From Candidatus Heimdallarchaeota archaeon (lineage in GTDB: Archaea; Asgardarchaeota; Heimdallarchaeia; Heimdallarchaeales; Heimdallarchaeaceae), in the NCBI GenBank assembly GCA_019057375.1, contig DXJF01000011.1, forward strand, positions 58,922-122,921: a stretch of DNA of 64,000 bases, in the 5' to 3' direction. Shown here piece after piece: positions 56,838-64,000 of this stretch (position 1 is its first letter; each line of letters opens with the position of its first letter). The position numbers and the translations under genes were made by a program. Below the pieces are notes generated by a model that was not told where the DNA came from, made no database searches, and saw only the letters and a list, made by a program, of their open reading frames with translations.

Positions 56838-59726
56838 TTAAATTTCGAGAACCATTCCTTTTTTCTTCTTGTAGACTTTAATTATAGCAGTCATTGCACC
56901 AAGTAGCACCCCTGAACTTGATACTAATGGTACTACTACGTTTGTTATAGACCTTGTATTTGAAGCCTTGGTCCCCACCAAATCAAGCATTAATACACTT
57001 CCCTTTGTAATTTGCAGATTTGTTACATAAATGTAAAGATCGTTTACTTGTAATTCATAAAAACTAGTTACATCATCCTGACCATTTGATAAAAGCTTCC
57101 ACTCATATTTCGAAGTAGAATAACTTTCATTCAAATAATATAACATGGAAACATTAGAATAGCTTCTAACCTCAGAATTAATAATAAAGTGTATTGAAAT
57201 CATATCATCATTCTCTTCTATCGTAGCTAATAAACTAGGACCAACTGTAGTTATTTTTAATTTGTGGCCATCTACACTGGAATCTGCTTGAATATGCCAA
57301 AAGAGTGCATCTGAATCCATATGAACAGGAATTTGTAAGGTATTTGTTTCAACATAAGCATCTAAAAGAGGCATCATATCATCATTAATGTAATATACCC
57401 ACCTATCGTGTGTAGACGGATAAGTAATATTATATGTAAGTGTAATATTCTCTGCAATTATTACATCTTCATTTCCTTTTTCAGCCGTTATAAGTAAATT
57501 CTCTAACATAATCTGAAATGTCTTTGTTACAATTGGTGTATAAGCTTTGAAAATTGAGCTGTTAATGTTGACAGTCAGGAGATCTTGAGGTAAAGAAATT
57601 ACATATGTATAAAGTCCATATTCGTCTGTAACTCCTGTGTGAGCTCCATATTCATTGATTTCAATTGTGATTGGTACTAGACCAACCGGTGAATTATTGG
57701 AGGTTACATTAAAGTGTAAAAGAAAATCTGATGAAATCTCTGCATTTTCATACTCGAAATCTATATTTATTTCACTGTCATATATCAAAATGTTAACGGT
57801 TTTTCGAATTGTTGCATGAGAAGAAGACTCAGCTTGAATCTCCAATGTATAGTTATTTTCTGTCAGATAGAAAGAAGAAATTCTAAAAATATACTGATTC
57901 TCTATTATGAAACTAGGAAGAACTTCATTGTCTAAAATCCCATATATGATAGCATTTTCAATTTCCACTAAATGATTAAGGCTGAGGTAAGACACACTTA
58001 TTTCTTTCAACGCATATTTTGGAATATTAATTTCTTGTTCAACAATTAATTCCGAAGCCTCTCTCGTTAGAGTTACAGTGGTATTTTCAAACCCTATTAG
58101 ATTGTTTTCGATTATAAGAAATGTTATTTCAACACTTCCACTTGTAATCCTAGGTGGAAAGGTAAATTCTAATTCATCATTTACTAACTCACCCATTGCA
58201 CTTCCATTTTCAGCACCAATCCAGAACAATTCAATTAAATTGTTTTGAAGTGTTTCTCGAAAAATAAATGTAACATTTAGAGTTTCAAAAATAGTTAAAC
58301 TTTCAATACTTGTAGCCATTATTTGGTTCGGAAGAGTGAACTGAAAATTAATATCATAGATTCCAGCTTTTCTTGCTAATGAGAGATTCCGATATCCTCC
58401 CCCTATATCAATATCACTCAAAATATCTGCACCTTGTAGGCTTCCTGTCATTAACCAATTATTGGAATACGAAAAATTGACTGGGTTTACAAGTAGTGAA
58501 AGATTACTGATTGAAATAGAAAGTAGAATAGATGTTTCATTCTGAAAAGAGATTTGTTTTTCATATGGTATGGATACTACACCTGATGCCCTTACTGTGA
58601 AATTAGCACTTATACTATGATTTGAATTGTGATACCAACCTATATTATATTCATAGGGTGCTATTCCCTCAAATAAGATGTCTGCATTAAAATTCCCTTC
58701 TCCCATGTTAGCAGAACTTATCTGTATGTCATTTAATCTTAGATTAATATCTGAGGGCGTTAATGAGGTTTCGAGTTTTAAATCATCAAATAGAATTGTA
58801 CAATCGGAAACCTCAGGAGATATTACATAAATTCCAAATGATTTTAGCATTGTGGGTATCAAAGGATCCTCTTCAGAAAAGAGATCACTTATATAAAGCG
58901 TATTATCGTTCCACTGATTGTCCCAACTACTGTTTTGTAATAGCCTATATACTATGAAAGGAGATGTTGTATTATCTCCAATTGATGGTGGTTCTACATT
59001 TGTGTAGTGCCAATGAATCACCATAATACGACAAGTATCAAAAACAAAATCAAAAATTAAAGATGAATTCAACACATACTGTAAGCTTGAGTTTGATGCT
59101 AAAAGATAATTATAAGATATCTTTGTATCCGTATTGTATAAGCTTATGTCTTTTTGATAAAGTGCATACATTATGGACTCTGAATTGTAAGAATAGAATT
59201 TCCACACATACTCCCCATCCCAGCTTCCGGAATAATGCAATCTTTCAACTTCTACTCCGGCTTTAATAGTGCCTTCTGAATAGAATTCTTGACTATCCTC
59301 CGCCCCTGGATTATTAATGTATTGAGATTGTAAATCAGTAACATTTCCTTCTAGTGAATACTGTCCGTTGCTAGGTAAGAAAATGCTTGAGTTTTCATCT
59401 TCAAGATTCCCTTCTAAAGATTCCCCCACATAATTTCCCGTCGAGCTCATATTTGGAGTGAAACCATTTAACGCCTCCTCTATTAAATTTTCCTCACCGT
59501 TTACTGATATTTCCTCCTCTAACTCAGCTTGACTATTTTTTAGAAGTCCAGAACTATCAGTGGGTTCAATTCCTTTCTTTTCCTCTTCTTCATTTAGATT
59601 TTTCATGATTTCATTGCCATTAATATCAACAATAGATGTGGAATCATTAATATTAACTAAAGGAGATTTAAGAGATATTATCAGATAGAATAGAAATATT
59701 ACTGGAATTATTTTTTTGTGTCTCAT
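56838..59726 (-). CDS. large surface protein with C-terminal TM anchor
   Basis: Signal peptide, many sequons, and a C-terminal helix plus KKKKG tail. Confidence 0.6.
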   Translation of the reverse strand: MRHKKIIPVIFLFYLIISLKSPLVNINDSTSIVDINGNEIMKNLNEEEEKKGIEPTDSSGLLKNSQAELEEEISVNGEENLIEEALNGFTPNMSSTGNYVGESLEGNLEDENSSIFLPSNGQYSLEGNVTDLQSQYINNPGAEDSQEFYSEGTIKAGVEVERLHYSGSWDGEYVWKFYSYNSESIMYALYQKDISLYNTDTKISYNYLLASNSSLQYVLNSSLIFDFVFDTCRIMVIHWHYTNVEPPSIGDNTTSPFIVYRLLQNSSWDNQWNDNTLYISDLFSEEDPLIPTMLKSFGIYVISPEVSDCTILFDDLKLETSLTPSDINLRLNDIQISSANMGEGNFNADILFEGIAPYEYNIGWYHNSNHSISANFTVRASGVVSIPYEKQISFQNETSILLSISISNLSLLVNPVNFSYSNNWLMTGSLQGADILSDIDIGGGYRNLSLARKAGIYDINFQFTLPNQIMATSIESLTIFETLNVTFIFRETLQNNLIELFWIGAENGSAMGELVNDELEFTFPPRITSGSVEITFLIIENNLIGFENTTVTLTREASELIVEQEINIPKYALKEISVSYLSLNHLVEIENAIIYGILDNEVLPSFIIENQYIFRISSFYLTENNYTLEIQAESSSHATIRKTVNILIYDSEINIDFEYENAEISSDFLLHFNVTSNNSPVGLVPITIEINEYGAHTGVTDEYGLYTYVISLPQDLLTVNINSSIFKAYTPIVTKTFQIMLENLLITAEKGNEDVIIAENITLTYNITYPSTHDRWVYYINDDMMPLLDAYVETNTLQIPVHMDSDALFWHIQADSSVDGHKLKITTVGPSLLATIEENDDMISIHFIINSEVRSYSNVSMLYYLNESYSTSKYEWKLLSNGQDDVTSFYELQVNDLYIYVTNLQITKGSVLMLDLVGTKASNTRSITNVVVPLVSSSGVLLGAMTAIIKVYKKKKGMVLEI

Positions 59727-60041
59727 TCTATTCTTATATACTAACTATATTTTAAAAACAGCACAATTTTCAATAGGTTTGAGTAGCCTAAAACATACTC
59801 TTTTTTGTATTTGTAGATTTTATAATTCTTATATTAGTTTCATTCTAGTAAAAAAGCGTTTAAACACACAAGAACGATTTTTTACTGTGGACTGAATACT
59901 TTCAACCCTCTGCCTCTTCTTTCTTTTAAAGTCAAACAAAAATACCAAACATAGTACTGAATCGTACATGAAATAGTTCATAGCTTTGTTTTAATCTTAA
60001 CAATTTTCAATAGTTTCGGGAAGGTTATTTTTCTGAGTAAA

Positions 60042-61073
60042 ATGGAAAGCTGCTTATGTGATGAATGCGGTTCTAGAATTATTCAAGAAAATGGTCTAAA
60101 CGTGTGCCAAAAATGTGGTCTTGTACATGATTCCGTTCTTGAATCATCGTCTTTTCAACTGGGTACAATGTCCCGGGATGGAACTCGAAGAAATCAACAA
60201 TACACATCAATTAATAATAATCTAGCCGTTGTAAGTTCTTTGGGTTCTTCGATTGGTTCAGTTGAGGAATACATGTTTAGAGATGCTAATGGGTCTCTAT
60301 TGGATGAAACAAATCAATATAAATTTCGAAAATTCAAAAATTATTATCATATTCCAGGAGCTATAAAAGGAAAAGAAACGGATTTTAGAACTATTAAAAT
60401 TTTAAATGAAGTGTTTTCACGACTTCAAGTTCCCACTAAGATAAGAGATCGAACACTCTTTCTTTATCATAAGTATAAATCTGAACATAAGAAGAAAATA
60501 ACAAACCATGTTCTTTTATCTGCAATGGCTTTACTTCTAAGTGTTCGTGAATGTGGTCATAATTGTCCCCTTACCTTAAAAGAGATTGTTGGAACTTATA
60601 GAGAACTAGGACATAGAGTTCTTGGTAAAAACTTACTAAGTCTCATGCAAGATTTGAATATTAAGCCCTCTATAAGTGGGATTAGGAGAAGTGAAGACTA
60701 TGTTTTTAGAATTTGTTCTCTAATCTGTCGTTCTGAAGCAATAAAAGAAAGAATAGAGAAAAAATATTCAATAGATGTTTATGTTTATGAAAAAATACTT
60801 CAACTTCTTTGCTTAAAAATACTTGAAAGAATTCCTTATCCTGATCGTGGAGGAAGAAGACCTTATCCCCTTTCTGCTGCCTCAGCTTATGTGGCTGATA
60901 AACTTCTATCACGAAAGATAAAACATTCCTCTGCTTTAACCCAGAAGTTGGTTGCACAGTCTGCGAATGTTGCTGAATTCACAATTCGGGATCATGCGGA
61001 GTTCATGTTTTCCTACGATTATGAGGAGATAATTACAGAAATCAGCGAAAGATTATCATCTAGCTTCGAATAA
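60042..61073 (+). CDS. tfb: transcription initiation factor IIB (TFB) paralogue
   Basis: N-terminal zinc ribbon CDECGS...CQKCGLV followed by two cyclin-like repeats. Confidence 0.75.
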   Translation: MESCLCDECGSRIIQENGLNVCQKCGLVHDSVLESSSFQLGTMSRDGTRRNQQYTSINNNLAVVSSLGSSIGSVEEYMFRDANGSLLDETNQYKFRKFKNYYHIPGAIKGKETDFRTIKILNEVFSRLQVPTKIRDRTLFLYHKYKSEHKKKITNHVLLSAMALLLSVRECGHNCPLTLKEIVGTYRELGHRVLGKNLLSLMQDLNIKPSISGIRRSEDYVFRICSLICRSEAIKERIEKKYSIDVYVYEKILQLLCLKILERIPYPDRGGRRPYPLSAASAYVADKLLSRKIKHSSALTQKLVAQSANVAEFTIRDHAEFMFSYDYEEIITEISERLSSSFE

Positions 61074-61120
61074 TTTCAAAAAATATCTACAGAAATAACT
61101 AGGATATTGAAGTTTTTTTT

Positions 61121-61750
61121 CTAAATAGGGATAAGATTTAGTATGAAAAATCTGACACCCACAACTATTGCTGAATGTAACAAAATCACAGGAATAAGCC
61201 TGAGCTTTATTCCTTCTTCATTACCCATTTTAAGTAAGTAATAATTATTTAGTAAATTTATAATAAGAAATGATACAGATAGTATTGACCAAACAGAAAA
61301 AGAACTGGTAAATTCCCCTGTACTAATAAAACTATACAGATTTGAGAATATAGGAGAAAAACCTGCAATCATCGCAATAGTAAACATAGTTACATAACGT
61401 ATAATTTTTAGTCTCCTTCTATGAATTTTCAAAGATGATTCCTTTTCTTTAAGAACCTCTTCACGCATTCTAATTAATTTGGATGTAATTTTTACTCGTT
61501 CAAGAATTTCCGTTTCATCAGCGTAGTCAACAGAGGAAAAAAGATTTCTTAAAGCAGGATAACTGAAATCAATAGAAGAAATTGTTTCTAGTAAATTTTC
61601 TCCTAATTGCAATCTAGTAAGAATTTCTTCTGGTACATTTTCAGATAGAAAGAAAGATCTTTCCAGATTTTCACCATTTTCAAGTTTCAAAGCAATATTG
61701 TTAAGAAAGTTAAAGTCTGTGCAATTTAATCTTATCATATTATTCACCAA
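61121..61750 (-). CDS. FlaJ/TadC-like membrane protein, C-terminal half-size unit
   Basis: Cytoplasmic helical domain plus 3 TM. It overlaps the upstream gene. Confidence 0.45.
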   Translation of the reverse strand: MVNNMIRLNCTDFNFLNNIALKLENGENLERSFFLSENVPEEILTRLQLGENLLETISSIDFSYPALRNLFSSVDYADETEILERVKITSKLIRMREEVLKEKESSLKIHRRRLKIIRYVTMFTIAMIAGFSPIFSNLYSFISTGEFTSSFSVWSILSVSFLIINLLNNYYLLKMGNEEGIKLRLIPVILLHSAIVVGVRFFILNLIPI

Positions 61751-62543
61751 TATTCTTATTGTTCATGAAACGAAGAATTAGAGTTCCAAAGACTGCATAA
61801 AGAAGAGGGAAAATGAATATTGTAGGAGAGTTTGATGGTAACAGGAATGATAGAACCATACTTAGTACTAGTGGTAATAGACAAGAAACTGCGATAAAAA
61901 TTACTATATTATCTTCTATTAGTTTGATTCCTTTTCTTACATACAATATAAATTCTGGATCAGATTCAATGAATGCATTTTCGTTTTTTATATTTTGGAA
62001 TGATGTTTCATACTGTTTATTTAAGAAAATTTTTCCGCTATTATTGATTATCTCATCTTCATTTTCCCCTAGATTCAAACTGTAAAGCATATCTTGAAAA
62101 TATTTAGTATAATATTTGTCTTTGATTCCTTTAGTCAACAGAAGCTCAACAGAATGTGGAAAGGATTGAGTTGCAACCATATTGATTGATAACGAATTAA
62201 TTATTAGAAAAGCTGTTTCCTCAAATTTTTGATGACGGTTTAGTATTTTGGTGCGAATATAATCACTTAACACAAAAAGAAATGATATACTTGCTATTGA
62301 ACTGATAAGTAAAGCAATTGGAACATTAATTAGAGTAACACAGTGAAAAAGCACAAACGAAATTACAAAAAACAGCAAAGATGAATTTCCAATTAACCTT
62401 ATGTTCCTATAATCCTTTTCAGAAATAAAGAATTTGGAATGTTTCTCAATTTTTCCTAGTGCCAATCTATATAATATTACCTTTGGAAAGATACTGAATT
62501 GAGTAACTTTGGAATTGGATTTAACATAATTTATTGTTTTCAT
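61740..62543 (-). CDS. FlaJ/TadC-like membrane protein, N-terminal half-size unit
   Basis: TM, cytoplasmic domain, TM pattern. It overlaps the ATPase gene by 4 nt. Confidence 0.45.
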   Translation of the reverse strand: MKTINYVKSNSKVTQFSIFPKVILYRLALGKIEKHSKFFISEKDYRNIRLIGNSSLLFFVISFVLFHCVTLINVPIALLISSIASISFLFVLSDYIRTKILNRHQKFEETAFLIINSLSINMVATQSFPHSVELLLTKGIKDKYYTKYFQDMLYSLNLGENEDEIINNSGKIFLNKQYETSFQNIKNENAFIESDPEFILYVRKGIKLIEDNIVIFIAVSCLLPLVLSMVLSFLLPSNSPTIFIFPLLYAVFGTLILRFMNNKNIGE

Positions 62544-63982
62544 AAATAATCTTTCTCACTTTTATTTGAGATATTATTCTCAAGCTTTAATCCCCATTTC
62601 TCTGCTTGCATACTTCTGAAAAAATGATTTCTCTCTAGAATTGAATTAATTTTACTACTTAGCCTTGATTTGTTTTTTATTATTTGAAACATTTGATTTT
62701 CATTCATTTCTTCATCATATATCTTAGTTAAGAAACCATAATCATTTTCTTTACTAACGTTGTTAGGATTTACTTCATAGACATCAACTATCTTTCGAAT
62801 GAAAGTGCTTTCTGTTATTTCCCTCCTCATTATTATGATAATATCTAAAGAAAGAAAATCTGAACGAGCAATTTTATGAAGATTCTCCCACCTTCTAAGG
62901 ATTTTTTCAACTGAATCTGCATGGGCTGTCTGTATTCCTTTCAAACCAGCATTAAGAGCTTCAAACATTGCTTGAGTGTGTTCCCTAGATTGAATTTCCC
63001 CCAAATATATCCAATCTGGAGATCTGTGTAACAGTTTTAAGATTTCAGATGTTTTGGTATGGTTACTTTTGTTTGATTCAAAAGAATCTACTTGAATAGA
63101 TAGATGCTTAAAACCCATTGCTGCTTGGTTGGTTGATTCTATTGCATCCTCAATTGCTATTTTTCTCCAGTGCTTAGGAGTGTATAAATCAATAGCATTT
63201 GCCAAGGTTGTTTTTCCCGCATTAGGTTCTCCTATAATAGTGATATTTTGTCTGTTGATTACAGCCTCTACTAAGTAAGATCCTAAGGATGTAGGTAAAG
63301 TATTAAGATTGATTAAGTCTAATAATTCGAGTGGTTTTCTTTTTAGTTTTCTAATATTAAAAGTAGGTCCATTTGGTGAAAGAGGAGGAAAGTCCATTGA
63401 AATACGTGAATGAAATCTTTGTGTTTGAAATTCAATTTTCAATGATGGTTTCTTAGCTGAAATAGTAATTGGGTGTTCAAGCTTGATTCTAGTAATCAGT
63501 GCTTCTAACTCCTCCTCATCAAGGATTACTTTAGTATTACACCTTCCAAAGGTCTGATGATCTAAATACAAGGCAGATCCTTTTTGATCCATATAAATTT
63601 CATTTACATAATGATCTAATAAAGCAGGAATTAATCTGTCTAATTTAATTAATCTGTAAATAAAAAGTTCTGTAAATACTTCTGGATCTATTTCAAGCCC
63701 ATCTATTTCTAAAACCTTCCACATACACACTGATTTAATTGTATCAACTAGATCGTCGAATCTTAGAATCTCTTTTCCAAGTCTATCCTTATTCTTATTG
63801 ACTAAAGCAAACAGTTCAGCAAATAATAATGGATCCGTTTGAAAGGCAAACAATGGTTTTGCTGTATAGTAGACTGTTCTGTCTTCCTCGTGAATAATAA
63901 TTTTGAATCCTTGTATGGTATATTCACTGATAACCTTTTTTTCAGCGTGTTTTCCTTGTTGTACACTATTACAACTAGTCAT
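62540..63982 (-). CDS. type IV pilus/archaellum assembly ATPase (FlaI/PilB/VirB11 family)
   Basis: Walker A GEPNAGKTTLANA, an Asp box, IYLGEIQSREH, and the His box GIQTAHAD. Confidence 0.85.
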   Translation of the reverse strand: MTSCNSVQQGKHAEKKVISEYTIQGFKIIIHEEDRTVYYTAKPLFAFQTDPLLFAELFALVNKNKDRLGKEILRFDDLVDTIKSVCMWKVLEIDGLEIDPEVFTELFIYRLIKLDRLIPALLDHYVNEIYMDQKGSALYLDHQTFGRCNTKVILDEEELEALITRIKLEHPITISAKKPSLKIEFQTQRFHSRISMDFPPLSPNGPTFNIRKLKRKPLELLDLINLNTLPTSLGSYLVEAVINRQNITIIGEPNAGKTTLANAIDLYTPKHWRKIAIEDAIESTNQAAMGFKHLSIQVDSFESNKSNHTKTSEILKLLHRSPDWIYLGEIQSREHTQAMFEALNAGLKGIQTAHADSVEKILRRWENLHKIARSDFLSLDIIIIMRREITESTFIRKIVDVYEVNPNNVSKENDYGFLTKIYDEEMNENQMFQIIKNKSRLSSKINSILERNHFFRSMQAEKWGLKLENNISNKSEKDYL

Positions 63983-64000
63983 CTCTATCAGCTTTTTTTT

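Overview
This is a low-GC archaeal chromosome segment: coding DNA is roughly 30% GC by eye and the rRNA about 50%. All family calls rest on motifs read by eye, because I could not run searches, HMMs or folding.

(i) Housekeeping genes: GTP-PEPCK, inorganic pyrophosphatase, cytidine deaminase, the ribosomal stalk cluster L1-P0-P1, NAD synthetase, RPA, TFB, a RadB-like ATPase, tRNA-Thr(GGU), an ABC exporter pair, and a type IV pilus/archaellum-type ATPase with FlaJ-like membrane partners.

(ii) rRNA genes: a 16S rRNA (35432-36942) and a 23S rRNA (about 20412-23990) both lie on the minus strand in 16S-then-23S order, but 11.4 kb of accessory genes separate them. The 23S carries two insertions at the classical I-CreI-type and I-SceI/omega-type homing positions. 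The 16S carries a 31-nt insertion inside helix 45.

(iii) Accessory cassettes are bracketed by duplicated copies of the rRNA 3' trailers and processing stems. Their cargo is a 633-aa TnpB-like protein, a SIR2-TPR protein, a five-fold zinc-ribbon/PD-(D/E)xK protein, a Cap4-like-nuclease/P-loop NTPase, and two paralogous giant membrane proteins, one ending in a RING-H2-like finger.

(iv) Eukaryote-like genes: a KaiC-like/Roadblock/FIST/Ras-like GTPase operon and an OSTC/DC2-like membrane protein. Together with the composition these suggest an Asgard (Loki-type) archaeon, which is an unverified inference.

(v) An unannotated five-member family of 22-26-codon acidic mini-ORFs has a conserved C-terminal (L/T)P(P/S)xW(S/F/Y)P motif. 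Three copies share a promoter block, and most copies lie close to rRNA-flank-derived sequence.

I saw no CRISPR array, integrase, TnpA or 5S rRNA.
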